A stretch of 64,000 nucleotides of DNA from an uncultured Gammaproteobacteria bacterium (GCA_964472415.1 CAYYLC010000001.1:3269-67268); one strand, 5' to 3'; shown: positions 17,683 through 28,338, counted from the first letter of the stretch. Numbers and translations: made by a program. The notes: a model not told the origin generated them from the letters alone.

Positions 17683-18921
17683 TTAGGGGTAATTTGCATA
17701 GCAGGCAGCTAATGCCTGTTCTGCAGATCTTCCTAGAGGATTGAAGCTATTGATGAATTCCGCATCGCTTGGTAGGCGAAGGTCGATGAGCCACCAATGA
17801 ATGCCTCGTAGTTTGCCGGAGAACACCGCACACGTCGCTTCATAGAAACGCCGTTGGGTCTCCTCGTCAAATGGTGCGCTCGATTCCCACGCATAGGGAG
17901 TTCTGTGTGCGCCAAGATGGGGGATTATGCCAATCTCAGCAAATACGATTGAATCCAGGCTTCGTCCGCTGTCTGTGATGACTTGGATCCAGGGTTGCCA
18001 TGCAGCAATCAGTCGGTCAACCGTTGTGTAGTCAGGAGCATTCAGTCTGAAATAAGCATCTATGCTCTCAAAATCTAACTCCTTTTTCCAGGGTGTTACA
18101 GAAAGCGGGAAGTTAACCCAGGAAGGGTCCCAGTTTGTTGAATACGTAATCTGTCCGGTATAGACAGATCTGACATTGGTGATGAGCGCGAGCCACTCAT
18201 CGTTGAAGCTCTCCATCGTGCTAAACTCGCTTCCGATGCTAAAGAACTCTGCATTGTGCTCTTCAGCAAATTGTGCGTAGTCGGTAATAAGCGTCTTATA
18301 GCTTTCAAACCAGGCTTGGGGATTTGTCGGCTGTATACTTCCCCGCCAGTTTCCTTCAGGGATAAAAGCCTCTTCGTCCATCAATGGACGAAGCGTTATC
18401 GTGAAGCCACGTTTGTGTGCTTCATCGATAAAATAGGCGATATCTTCTCGCTTGGGTGTATTCTTCGGATGATCATATACCACTGTTGATTGGTATCCAT
18501 CTTGATAAATGGGGAATGCTACGCTGATGTGGTTGATATGAAGATCCATCAGACGTTCAAGATTCGGGATGACCTTTTCTCTGAACTCTGGATCCTGAAA
18601 GTAAAAGACTACGTTTACTCCCGCCTGGAAAGAATATTGTGTTTCCATGGGGTTTTTTACAGACCGTGGAGTTGGGATGGGGGTAGGTATCGTGATTGTT
18701 GATAATTCCTTTCCCCTTGGTGTTTTCGTCGGCTGTTGAGTCGGTGTGAGTGTGGGTGTGGGAATCCTGCGCGGTGGAGAGACGGGTGAAGAATCGGGTA
18801 TAGGAGTTGGATCCTTCACTTCTTGTTCACTCGAATGCTTATTCTGTGCGACAAGTATCCCTGTTCCCATAAGCACAATCAGGAGAAATGCGACTACCTG
18901 TTGAAAGGTGGATTTTGACAC
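17683..18921 (-). CDS. secreted/anchored TIM-barrel glycoside hydrolase (GH5/GH113-like) with a Pro/Thr-rich linker
   Basis: 412 aa with a signal/TM segment, a PTPTLTPTQQPTKTP linker, and a catalytic-domain-like body. G+C is visibly higher than in neighbouring genes (about 58% in one sampled 60-mer). Confidence 0.4.
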   Translation of the reverse strand: MSKSTFQQVVAFLLIVLMGTGILVAQNKHSSEQEVKDPTPIPDSSPVSPPRRIPTPTLTPTQQPTKTPRGKELSTITIPTPIPTPRSVKNPMETQYSFQAGVNVVFYFQDPEFREKVIPNLERLMDLHINHISVAFPIYQDGYQSTVVYDHPKNTPKREDIAYFIDEAHKRGFTITLRPLMDEEAFIPEGNWRGSIQPTNPQAWFESYKTLITDYAQFAEEHNAEFFSIGSEFSTMESFNDEWLALITNVRSVYTGQITYSTNWDPSWVNFPLSVTPWKKELDFESIDAYFRLNAPDYTTVDRLIAAWQPWIQVITDSGRSLDSIVFAEIGIIPHLGAHRTPYAWESSAPFDEETQRRFYEATCAVFSGKLRGIHWWLIDLRLPSDAEFINSFNPLGRSAEQALAACYANYP

Positions 18922-19067
18922 ATCGTGCCTCCTTCTCTCGAATTTGTAATGTGCCTCCCTTTATCTCATAAGAGGAAGGAGCGGCATTATTTTTAGGACA
19001 AGTAAATATCCCATAATGCAGTATATGGGATTATATAGAAAGAATAATTAAGAGTCAATGAAATGGG

Positions 19068-22000
19068 TTATTGGATAGCGGTTATGCGGAATATAACTTC
19101 TGTTGCGTCGCCAACAAAATCTTCATTACCGTCAACGGCAATATAAATTTTATCTCCAGCAGATAGTGTGCCGAGATTGAAGATTTCAGGATTTATCGTC
19201 CATGGTAGTCCAAGAGTTGTAAGAGATGCGATCTCCTCTTTGTCATTATTGAATACTCTCAAGGTTGCACTTGTTCCCCACGGAAGAACTCTTCGGATGC
19301 TAAGGTTTGATATTGAATACTCTCCAGTAATCGGCGTGATAAATGCGGATACTACGAGGTGATTATTTGCTGGCGGATGCATCTGAAGATCAAATACTCC
19401 GGATGGCTCTGGTGTGTTTGATTCTTCTCCTCCGCTTCCGCGCGGGGTAGAGCTTTTTCCAATATAGGGATAATTTCCGTTTCCTATCCAAAATGAAGAT
19501 AAATTATTAAATGTCTCGGGGTGATTACCGGATATAAATTGTGAGAATAAACTATCTAAAAGAACGCCATTATCGTCTGTTGATTCATATAATTCTAAGG
19601 TTGTCGATATTGTGTTTGATGAGTCGTTGAGCGTTGCTTGAGCACTATCGCTACTTATTTCGATATCATATGAATTCCAAATAAATTCACCTGTAGGAAT
19701 TATTGTAGGGGCTGGGCTTGGTGTTGGCGTAATGTTATGAGATTCTTTGAGGCTTACTGTCCAGGTAACCTCCGTCGCATCGCCGACAAAGTCTCCATCA
19801 CGATCAACTGCAAAATAAATTCTATCACCCTCTGAGAGTTCACCAAGTTCATATTCTGTAGTATCTATTGTCCAATCTTGTCCTGTTGCTTGGATGGTTG
19901 CTATCTCGTTCTGATCAGTATCAAATACTCGAAGTGTAGTCGTGTTTCCCCAGGAAAGTACTCTCCGTGCTGCGAGATTTGAAATAGAATAGGCGCCATC
20001 TTGAGGAATAATAAATGATGCGGTGATAAGCTTGTCGCTTTCTGGGGGTGACATCTGTAGATCATAAACTCCTTCTGGTGCAGGGGTGTCTATCTCACTT
20101 GATTCAGACCCTCGTGCAGTTGTACTTTTCCCAATATATGGATATTCTCCGAAGTCTCCTGGATCTCTTGACCAGAAGGTTGAGACATTGTTAAACGTTT
20201 CAGGATGAGTAGCGTCATTCCATGCTGAGAGTAGCTCACCGCGCTCTACTCCATCATCGTTGGCTGACTCATACAATTCTAGAATTACAGGATTTGATTC
20301 ATTTTCATCAAATAATATTGCAGTAGCTGATTCAGAGCTTGTCTCAGTGTCATATGAATTCCAGGAGGTAAGGATAGATTCGTTTCCATTGACAGTAAGC
20401 GTAATGCTTTGAGCTGCAGTGTCATTTTCATTCGATGCAGTAAGCGTATATTCAGTTGTTTCTGTTGGGGAGATGGTTGCTGTTCCACTGGCTTCAATAG
20501 AGCCTAAGTGTGTTATGGTTACCTCTGATGCGTTTGAAGTTTCCCAAGATATGGTCGCGTTATCTCCAGAATTTATCTCAGATGGATCTAGAGTGAAAGT
20601 ATGAATTATCGGTGAACTGGTAATAAGAGATGCAGAGATTGTGGCATTAGTTAGTGTAGAAATCTCTTGGTTTTGTAGTCCGCCATTTGACCAGCTATCA
20701 AATATATAGGTTGCGCCATTGATTATTTGTGGTGAAGGAACAAAAAGAGAACTCGTTCCACCAGCTGTTATTGCAGCAGTATCAGGCGTTGTGTGAGTTA
20801 TGCCATTAAGGACTACGGTTGCTCCTTCAGGAGCGCTTTGAAGGTTCAAATTTACCTTCTTTGATCCAATAATTCTGTTTGTTGTTGTTTCTAAGCCGCT
20901 ACTGTCTCTTGTAGTAACGAATAGCTCTAAATCTGTTCCTTCCCCATGATCAGGCGCAGTAAAACTTCCTGAAGAACCTGTGCCTGAAAGGAATGGGTGG
21001 GTGTGACAAGTGTTTGATATCAATTCACAGTGATTGAGAATAAGATTCCAGGAAATGTTATCTTCGCTGATGACTCCATCCTCTGTATCTATTGCTTGTG
21101 CAGTAAAATTTATGGTTTCTCCTACGATATATTCATACCCTTCTATAGGAGTATTGATAGTGACCTCTGGGGGAGTATTTCCTGGATACACCGTGAGCTC
21201 TTGAGTTGTAGAATTTCCTTTCAGGTCTGATACGGTTAATGAAACTTCATATGTGCCACCAATAAGATATGTGTGATTCGGATTTTCACTTTGTGAGGTA
21301 TTACTATCTCCAAAATCCCATTCATAGAATAACATTTCACCAGATGGACTATAAGTACCTTCGCTTGAGAACTGTATAAATAATGGAACTGGTCCTGACT
21401 GAGGTGTTGCTGTCATATTCACAATCGGAGCACTCGAAGATGTCCCATATGTAATTCTTCTCAATTGCCCAGTGTATATTGAGACATAATAGATGTCTCC
21501 ATTTGGACCAGAAAATATTTGTACGGGGCCATCTGGTTGCTCTGAAAACACCTCGACGCTTCCTTCGATAAGCTTATTTTCTTCATCAACATCCATTGCC
21601 CATATGACGCTTTGGCTATAATCTCCAAAGTAATATTTGTTGTGATATTGTTCAGGATATGATGTCCCCGCGTAGAAGGTGCCGCCCACAATAGAAGATC
21701 CTGGTGGATGAGGATATACGTGAATTGGCGGAATTACTGTGTTGGATGCTTCTAAGTCTTGGCATAATTCATAGGCGGAATATCCGAGGACGAACTCGTT
21801 TCCTTCAAAGCATGGCCATCCATAATTATTCCCAGGTGTTACTACGTTAATCTCTTCCCAGGTTCCCCATCCTACATCCCCAGCAAAAATAGTATTCTCT
21901 CCCGGCTTAACACTAAATCGGAATGGATTTCTAAAACCATATGCCCATACTTTAGAACGATTATCATTTGGATTGCCAGTATAGAATGGATTGTTCGGCA

Positions 22001-24026
22001 AGCCTGTTCCATCGGTATTGATTCTCAATATCTTTCCCGATAATATATCGAGATTCTGTGCTCTGAGTGCTTGAGTGTTTACATTCGTATCTGGTGCGCC
22101 ATCTCCTACAGATACGAGGAGTGAGCCATCTGCCATAAATGCCATTCCGCCAATAGTGTGGGTTCTTGCATCAGATGGTATGCAGTCAGTGTCTGGATAA
22201 TTGTCGCAAGAAGGATTTTCTACGGTGCCATTATTGGTTCCCAGGATAATTTCCATAGTGTTAAGATCTGCAGTAGTTCCTTCTACTGTGAGTCGTATAA
22301 CTCGTGCTGATTTGACGCCTTCAAAATCAGTTGGATTAATGTCATAAGAGTATGCAGCATAGAGGTGTCCATTTTGCGCAAAGTTGGGATCAAGTGCAAT
22401 GGAGAGAAGGCCTCTATCTTGGTATGTATTTACGTTTGGGATTACTACCAGAGGATCAGGAAGGAGTGTGCCATTTTCTACAACGCGTATAGTTCCATCT
22501 TTTTCAGCGACAAATATTTTTCCATCTGGAGCGATTGCGGCATATGTGGGAAGATTAAATCCAGTCGCAAGTACTTCAGTTTGGAAACTTTGGGATGCAT
22601 TTTGAATATAAGCATCGTTCAGCGTTACGTCGTCGAAATACATTGTGTGGTTATTTGTTGGTGTAGAGAAATAAGAACCCCATGTCATAACATGGATATC
22701 GTCGCGTCCAGCAAGCCCTGTATTAATCTCTGTAAAGTGTACGATCTTTTCACCATCGAGCCAAACTTCGATCTGTCCGTGTTCTTCATCAACAGTTACC
22801 CGTGATTGAATTTCATGCCAAGAACCATCTCGCGGAATTGCTGGACCGAAAGGACCAGGGAAATGCGTTTCTCCATCAGAGCTAAAATAGACTGGACTTA
22901 ATCGATAGTCTGATCCGATAGTAAGCCAGAGGATATTTCTAAAATCGTCAGTTTTATAGACGATTGCGTTGTGTACTGATCCGGGGTCGAGGTTGTAATC
23001 TTCCGGAAGACTGATGTGCGTTTTTTGATAAATGGTGCTTCGTTTATCAAAAAATTGATCAATAACTGCTGTAGGTTCTGAGCCGCCAGTACTTATTTCG
23101 AGAGCGTAATTTCCTGTTCTGACGTGATTGCTATTCACCTCCAAAGTGTTTCCTTGACGTACGTCAATATTTGGTTGAGGATAGGCAGAAGTGTCACCCT
23201 CTTCAAATCCATTTGAAAAAATAGGCATTGTTGAATTGATGGTAGTAAAGTTTGCTGTATAATTATTCTCTGATCCTATGGTGATAAATTGTTCTTGGTT
23301 TCCTCCATTTGACCAGTCTGAAAAAATAACAGTCCTTCCATCTGGTGTTGTTTGGGGTGAGGGTACGTATAAAGAGTGCATTTCGCCCGATGAAGTATGA
23401 AGTGTGTATGGAACTGTTTGAGTGACTCCGTCAACGACAATCTGTAATCCTGGTTCAGATGTGTTGATTGTAATATCACGTGGTGCCTCTTCTATTACAA
23501 CGCTCACAGAGCCTACCCACCACCGGTCAAAATATTCTACTATTACTTCGTGGCTCCCTGAATTGAGCGTAATATTTTCTGTATAGGTAGTTGCGAGTTG
23601 CACCTGCCACCCATCGATGATTTGATTTCCATCTACAAAGACTTTGATTCCGTCATCAGCTCGGACAGTGAAACGATATATGCCTTCAGAGACATTTATA
23701 ATTCCTCTCCACCGTGCGCTAAACTCATCAGAATTTACCACAGGATCTGGTGATCCTTGTTCCCAGTCATAATCAATTGAGGCTTCCTCTCGTGTAAGGA
23801 CCGGGTCACCGCTGAGAGTCATGTTGTTGAAATATTCTGCGTTCCACTGTACAGAAATTGGCTCAGCTTTAGCAGAAGGGAGGATATAGAGTGCCGAAAG
23901 TGCGGTAATACCAACCGCCGCGAACATTGCATTTCGAAGTTTTCTACGTTTCGTTATCTGCTTTATTGCGTAGTTAATTTTCGATTTAAAACTTATAATT
24001 TTTTTGGATAATTTCCTTATATTCAA
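19068..24026 (-). CDS. giant cell-surface protein (1652 aa): PA14, SGL/glucose-sorbosone-dehydrogenase-like beta-propeller, PKD, two tandem ~180-aa C-terminal repeat domains
   Basis: N-terminal TM or signal sequence. PA14-like segment (YFNNMTLSGDP...FTVRADDGIKVFVDGNQII). Propeller-like segment (GFNLPTYAAIAPDGKIFVAEKDGTIRVV). PKD signature (WDFGDSNTSQ...HTY...GTYEVSLTVSD). The two C-terminal repeats share ELYES..DD.GV...HPETFNN.S.FW...YPYIGKS...RG...LQM.PP...RVL.WG....LRVF......GDATEV. Confidence 0.7.
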   Translation of the reverse strand: MNIRKLSKKIISFKSKINYAIKQITKRRKLRNAMFAAVGITALSALYILPSAKAEPISVQWNAEYFNNMTLSGDPVLTREEASIDYDWEQGSPDPVVNSDEFSARWRGIINVSEGIYRFTVRADDGIKVFVDGNQIIDGWQVQLATTYTENITLNSGSHEVIVEYFDRWWVGSVSVVIEEAPRDITINTSEPGLQIVVDGVTQTVPYTLHTSSGEMHSLYVPSPQTTPDGRTVIFSDWSNGGNQEQFITIGSENNYTANFTTINSTMPIFSNGFEEGDTSAYPQPNIDVRQGNTLEVNSNHVRTGNYALEISTGGSEPTAVIDQFFDKRSTIYQKTHISLPEDYNLDPGSVHNAIVYKTDDFRNILWLTIGSDYRLSPVYFSSDGETHFPGPFGPAIPRDGSWHEIQSRVTVDEEHGQIEVWLDGEKIVHFTEINTGLAGRDDIHVMTWGSYFSTPTNNHTMYFDDVTLNDAYIQNASQSFQTEVLATGFNLPTYAAIAPDGKIFVAEKDGTIRVVENGTLLPDPLVVIPNVNTYQDRGLLSIALDPNFAQNGHLYAAYSYDINPTDFEGVKSARVIRLTVEGTTADLNTMEIILGTNNGTVENPSCDNYPDTDCIPSDARTHTIGGMAFMADGSLLVSVGDGAPDTNVNTQALRAQNLDILSGKILRINTDGTGLPNNPFYTGNPNDNRSKVWAYGFRNPFRFSVKPGENTIFAGDVGWGTWEEINVVTPGNNYGWPCFEGNEFVLGYSAYELCQDLEASNTVIPPIHVYPHPPGSSIVGGTFYAGTSYPEQYHNKYYFGDYSQSVIWAMDVDEENKLIEGSVEVFSEQPDGPVQIFSGPNGDIYYVSIYTGQLRRITYGTSSSAPIVNMTATPQSGPVPLFIQFSSEGTYSPSGEMLFYEWDFGDSNTSQSENPNHTYLIGGTYEVSLTVSDLKGNSTTQELTVYPGNTPPEVTINTPIEGYEYIVGETINFTAQAIDTEDGVISEDNISWNLILNHCELISNTCHTHPFLSGTGSSGSFTAPDHGEGTDLELFVTTRDSSGLETTTNRIIGSKKVNLNLQSAPEGATVVLNGITHTTPDTAAITAGGTSSLFVPSPQIINGATYIFDSWSNGGLQNQEISTLTNATISASLITSSPIIHTFTLDPSEINSGDNATISWETSNASEVTITHLGSIEASGTATISPTETTEYTLTASNENDTAAQSITLTVNGNESILTSWNSYDTETSSESATAILFDENESNPVILELYESANDDGVERGELLSAWNDATHPETFNNVSTFWSRDPGDFGEYPYIGKSTTARGSESSEIDTPAPEGVYDLQMSPPESDKLITASFIIPQDGAYSISNLAARRVLSWGNTTTLRVFDTDQNEIATIQATGQDWTIDTTEYELGELSEGDRIYFAVDRDGDFVGDATEVTWTVSLKESHNITPTPSPAPTIIPTGEFIWNSYDIEISSDSAQATLNDSSNTISTTLELYESTDDNGVLLDSLFSQFISGNHPETFNNLSSFWIGNGNYPYIGKSSTPRGSGGEESNTPEPSGVFDLQMHPPANNHLVVSAFITPITGEYSISNLSIRRVLPWGTSATLRVFNNDKEEIASLTTLGLPWTINPEIFNLGTLSAGDKIYIAVDGNEDFVGDATEVIFRITAIQ

Positions 24027-24130
24027 GTTTATTTGAAAAATAATACTATGAGCAGTCTCGTAATTATATTAGGGACTTATAGCTATGTCAAATAGGATAT
24101 AAGGATTAATAAAAATAGATCTTTTTATAC

Positions 24131-24159
24131 AAAAAAGGCGGAGATTATTAGTCTCCGCC
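24131..24159 (-). terminator. intrinsic terminator after the GT2 gene (minus strand)
   Basis: Plus-strand aaaaaaGGCGGAGAttattagTCTCCGCC. On the minus strand this is an 8-bp stem followed by UUUUUU. Confidence 0.5.
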
Positions 24160-24180
24160 TTAGGATAAGTCCTGAAAGAA

Positions 24181-25641
24181 TCATCCGAGAGAAGTTCGTT
24201 CTTGAACCTCTGTCGCTAAATCTTCCGTTTCTGTGCGAATAACTTTTGGTGTTAGTTCCCACATATGAGGACGTGTTATGAGCTGATATTTTTCTCTCCA
24301 AGCAGCGATTGCTTGGAGGATCCAATACAGCCATATCGTGCATAGGACGGTTCGAACATGCCCATCACTTTTTCCTTTGATGCATCCTGCATATGTGAGG
24401 AGAATCATCAGGAAATTGCCTGATACCATAGACAGGAGTCCAAGGTAAAAAAGCGTTTCTGGATACATTTGTTCGATAAAGTCCGGCTCTGATATAAGAT
24501 ACACAACTGTTAACGCCCAAAAAATGGGGTTAAGGAAGGGGATGAGCGGTGTTGATCCTATAAGGACATGAAAGGCTAGGAAGTTTTTAAATCCGAGTCT
24601 TTGATATGTCTTTAAGGGATTTCTCATGTACTTGAGCCATGTTTGGTCAAAACCTTTGAACCAGCGAGTTCTTTGTCTGATCCATGGAGCGATTTCTGAT
24701 GGTGCTTCTTCCCATGTTGCAGAGTTGACGCTCGCGATTTCGTAGTCGTCCATTGTGAACCGAACACCGAATTCACAGTCTTCTGTACTGTTGAATACGT
24801 CAAGACCTCCGCTTTGTCTTAAGACATTCGTTTTGATATAGACTGAATTTCCGGGAAAGAGGGGAAGTAGTCTATGTTTTGCAAGTGTCTGGACAACGAC
24901 TTTATGGTGAAAGTTGTACTCAGAAGCATGATGTTTCGTGAGCCAATTTTCGTCGTCATTTGAAACCAGTGTTTTTGCTTGAATGGCAGCAACGTTCGTC
25001 CCTGCTTTCTGAAGAAAGGCCATGTGTATTTTTTTGATTTGATCCGGTTCAGGTCGAGATTCGGAATCCATGATTACCGTTATCTCTCCTCTTGCCTTTT
25101 CAAGCCCAAACATAAGTGCACGAGGCTTATTCTTAGGGTAATGTTCGCCGAATGTAACGAGTTGATAGAACGATGGGAGCTGTATCGATGAGATCATCGA
25201 GAGCATTTCCATATCTTCTTCACGTACTAGTAGGATAACTTGTAGTTTTTCCTTTGGCCAGTCGAGTTTTGTGATACTTTCGAGTTGACCAGGGAATGCT
25301 ACGGTTTCCCGATAGTGAGGTGCAAGGATGGTTACTGTTGGGAGATTTTCGTTTTTGAGTTCTCCAATTTGCTCTGCGGTGACATTGATTTCCTTCGAAT
25401 CGATAGTGTGGCTGAGCATCAACAGCGCTTTTGAAATCGGATTTGCGAGGCCGATTATAGTTGCGCATGCAGTAAATACGACGAATACTGTCTGAGTGTG
25501 GCCTGTAGAAATCAGAATGCCAATTCCTAACAGTATGCCAATAAAGACACCAATTTGAGAATGGGTGAATGTTTTTTCTGAAGTCTCTATTTCTGCAAGA
25601 GGTTCTGCTGTTACAATCCGAACCTTAGGTTTCTTTTTCAA
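24181..25641 (-). CDS. processive family-2 glycosyltransferase (cellulose/chitin-synthase-like), membrane-integrated
   Basis: N-terminal TM helices, the D, D, D motifs (DSESRPEPD) and QRTRW (QxxRW), and C-terminal TM helices. Confidence 0.75.
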   Translation of the reverse strand: MKKKPKVRIVTAEPLAEIETSEKTFTHSQIGVFIGILLGIGILISTGHTQTVFVVFTACATIIGLANPISKALLMLSHTIDSKEINVTAEQIGELKNENLPTVTILAPHYRETVAFPGQLESITKLDWPKEKLQVILLVREEDMEMLSMISSIQLPSFYQLVTFGEHYPKNKPRALMFGLEKARGEITVIMDSESRPEPDQIKKIHMAFLQKAGTNVAAIQAKTLVSNDDENWLTKHHASEYNFHHKVVVQTLAKHRLLPLFPGNSVYIKTNVLRQSGGLDVFNSTEDCEFGVRFTMDDYEIASVNSATWEEAPSEIAPWIRQRTRWFKGFDQTWLKYMRNPLKTYQRLGFKNFLAFHVLIGSTPLIPFLNPIFWALTVVYLISEPDFIEQMYPETLFYLGLLSMVSGNFLMILLTYAGCIKGKSDGHVRTVLCTIWLYWILQAIAAWREKYQLITRPHMWELTPKVIRTETEDLATEVQERTSLG

Positions 25642-25653
25642 GTTGCCCTCCTT

Positions 25654-27447
25654 TTATGTCGGATTGATTGGATGTGTTTCGCTTATTGCTGGCAGATCGG
25701 TCCCTTTGATCTTATAAATCTCATATCCATATCCTTGTGCAACAAGGTCATAGTGTTCGACTAGTGTAGGAGATCCTCTGAGAGTTCTCCATATTTCATC
25801 TTGTCTGCGACCGTCGGGATGACCTCTCATGATAATCCAGTCGACATGTGCGCTTATTGGATTTGTGAGAGCCTGATTCCAGAAATCTTGCTCTACCCCC
25901 TCGTACGTAATCTTGTTAAGCGGCACGGGGGACTTGTAGAATATTGGCTCGTTTCCGAAGCGGTTCATGACAACAATTCCCCTGTCGTAGTGTTCGTCAA
26001 GGAAACTGGTAATTTCTGCATGAATCCGAGCGTCGTCATTCGTCTTGTTCTGGAGCGCTTCTCCAGCAGAGAGTATCCCTCCTTGCCAGGTGATGCCTGT
26101 TGAAAGTATCACGAGAACAAAAACGGGGAATTGGATAAATCGTACTTTGTGGACGAGATATCCAACACCAAGTGCTGCTGCGGGAGTCATAAGTACTCCA
26201 TAACGTGTTCCCCAATTTGATCCTTCAATAACGTCTGGATGCCAGAGGGCACTCCATCCGAAATAAAGAGACGCAATGAAGAATACGAATGGATATAGTA
26301 GGCAGAGGGTAAGAAGTTTTTCTGCCACGTTCTGTTTGGAGAAGAATAGGAGAGTTACCCCTACTATCCCAAGCGATGCTGTGATCCATCCTACAGTATC
26401 GAATGCCGATCGAGCATAGAGTTCGATAGACAAAGGAAGATTGTGGATGGAACGATTTGACTCATTCATGCCAGCAAGAGCCGCTCGTGCAATTGATCCA
26501 GAAGAAAATTCACTGTTCATAAAAAATAGCGGATCTCCTAGATATTGCAGATTGAGGATTAGCCAGGCAAGGATTGGCCCGCCTACGATTGTGGCAAAGA
26601 CGAAGAGGTGATCTTCTGTCTTTTTGTATGAGATCTTCCTCTGCCAATGGGTAATCGCTATGACGCTGAGAAACGGTATAAATCCGACCCAGCCTTCATA
26701 GCGGGTCATGCATGCTGCTGCGAGTGTTGCTGCTGCAAGACACAGAGGCTTAAGTTTACCCAAATCCTCTTGCAGCATCCATTGCCTTGTGAAGTATGTA
26801 GTCATTACGATGAACGTAGTGAATGGAACTTCTGACATTGGGGTTGATTGCAAGAAAAGCATGTCTGCTGTCGAGAATGCGACAAAACCACCGATGAACG
26901 ATGCAAGTTTGTCGTTAGTAAATGACAGAACGAGTTTGTACATGTAGGCGGCTCCTACCACAAAGCTTGTCATAATGACAAGCGATCCGGAAAGACCTGT
27001 TTCGTAGAGAGGGTCAATTATAGATAATAGGACCATCACTGCTTGAGGTAATGGTGGCCATACTCCTATAAGTTGCTCAATGCCTGGATTGACCGAGTTT
27101 GTTGCAAGACGTGACATAGTAAGCCGTGCTATGGCATCACCATATGCAAGAATCATGTCTTCCTGATAGAAATACACAAAGCTTGCTGCTGATGTAATTC
27201 CTGCCAGGAGTATAACGACATGAAGAACCTTGTCTCCTGTCCATTTGAATTCTATCTGTATGTTTATGAAGCCTTTGAATCTGTTGGGCTGAGAATTGCG
27301 CTTTTCTATTCGAGCAGCACTATTGGCTTGCATAAGGCTAAAGATGATGTACATGGTTTTAAAAGGAATGAAGCCTATTCGGATCAAATTCCAGATAATC
27401 CATGTATGACCTTTGGTTTCCAGTAAGGCTGATGGTATAGGTGTCAC
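25654..27447 (-). CDS. GT-C fold glycosyltransferase (ArnT/PMT-like polyprenyl-phosphate-sugar-dependent transferase); true start probably internal
   Basis: About 12 predicted TM helices. First-loop motif YQEDMILAYGDAIARL resembles the DE/acidic-loop region of the GT-C ArnT/PMT families. There is also a large C-terminal soluble domain. Confidence 0.45.
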   Translation of the reverse strand: MTPIPSALLETKGHTWIIWNLIRIGFIPFKTMYIIFSLMQANSAARIEKRNSQPNRFKGFINIQIEFKWTGDKVLHVVILLAGITSAASFVYFYQEDMILAYGDAIARLTMSRLATNSVNPGIEQLIGVWPPLPQAVMVLLSIIDPLYETGLSGSLVIMTSFVVGAAYMYKLVLSFTNDKLASFIGGFVAFSTADMLFLQSTPMSEVPFTTFIVMTTYFTRQWMLQEDLGKLKPLCLAAATLAAACMTRYEGWVGFIPFLSVIAITHWQRKISYKKTEDHLFVFATIVGGPILAWLILNLQYLGDPLFFMNSEFSSGSIARAALAGMNESNRSIHNLPLSIELYARSAFDTVGWITASLGIVGVTLLFFSKQNVAEKLLTLCLLYPFVFFIASLYFGWSALWHPDVIEGSNWGTRYGVLMTPAAALGVGYLVHKVRFIQFPVFVLVILSTGITWQGGILSAGEALQNKTNDDARIHAEITSFLDEHYDRGIVVMNRFGNEPIFYKSPVPLNKITYEGVEQDFWNQALTNPISAHVDWIIMRGHPDGRRQDEIWRTLRGSPTLVEHYDLVAQGYGYEIYKIKGTDLPAISETHPINPT

Positions 27448-27459
27448 TATCTGTGCCTC

Positions 27460-28338
27460 CTAATTTTTTGCAAGAAGAGTAGTTGAGAGTGTAAAGAATG
27501 CAGTGAATCCTATGAGGATGAATCTCATTTGGATGTCTGCAAAAATTACCCGTTGAGGATGTACATCTTCAATTTGTGTACTGATCAGATGCCAATATCG
27601 CCATATTCCTGGAAGTACAAGTACTCCAGAAAAAACGAAAAGTGGCGCGATGGAAATTGAAGCAGGTACATATATAAGAATAACAAGCACAAGGCCTACA
27701 GAGAACATTTGTGTAAGTCTTTTGTTCGAGTAGAACGAAAGAGTTCGGCGAGTCGTGGAAGAATTGCCGAGCGCCTGGACTTCACATTTTCGCTTGCCAA
27801 GTTCGACAATAAATGCGATAAGGCCAGCAAGAAGTACCCACAGTTCCCATCCTGGTGGATAATACGATACTGCAAGAAAGCCACCGAATGTCCGTATGCT
27901 AAATAGTACTCCCACAATGACTACATCAACCAGCGAGTGATGTTTCAGTTGGAAGGTGTAGATATGTGAAAGAATAAGATAGCCGGCAAGTAAGATGCCT
28001 GCTTGTATACTAATCACAAATCCTATCTCAAGAGAGAAGATTGTGAAGAGGATAGCCGCAATAATTGCAGCCCTTACTGATAGACGCCCTGATGCGATAG
28101 CACGGTAGCGTTTTCTAGGATGGAGTCTGTCTCGTTGACGATCCATCGTGTCATTTATAAGGTACGCGCTGCTTGCTGCTATGCAAAATCCTGCACAGAA
28201 GAATGCAAGCACAGCGACTTCATTGAGCATTCCTTCATGGAGAAGAAATGGAGCTGGTATGAGAGTGAAGACGTTTTTTGCCCACTGTTTTATTCGTATA
28301 GTAGACAAAACCTCTTGGATTGATTTTTTCGCATTCAC
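27460..28338 (-). CDS. UbiA-family prenyltransferase, decaprenyl-phosphate phosphoribosyltransferase-like
   Basis: Motifs IKQWAKNVF and NDTMDRQRDRLHPRKRYRAIASG (NDxxDxxxD...RxRPIASG), plus multiple TM helices. Confidence 0.6.
   Translation of the reverse strand: MNAKKSIQEVLSTIRIKQWAKNVFTLIPAPFLLHEGMLNEVAVLAFFCAGFCIAASSAYLINDTMDRQRDRLHPRKRYRAIASGRLSVRAAIIAAILFTIFSLEIGFVISIQAGILLAGYLILSHIYTFQLKHHSLVDVVIVGVLFSIRTFGGFLAVSYYPPGWELWVLLAGLIAFIVELGKRKCEVQALGNSSTTRRTLSFYSNKRLTQMFSVGLVLVILIYVPASISIAPLFVFSGVLVLPGIWRYWHLISTQIEDVHPQRVIFADIQMRFILIGFTAFFTLSTTLLAKN

Noticed and set aside
19080-20350. Possible DNA-level tandem repeat or mobile-element signature in the 3' part of the giant gene
   Set aside because: The repetition is explained by two diverged protein-domain copies within one ORF. 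No inverted terminal repeats, transposase or target-site duplication are present.
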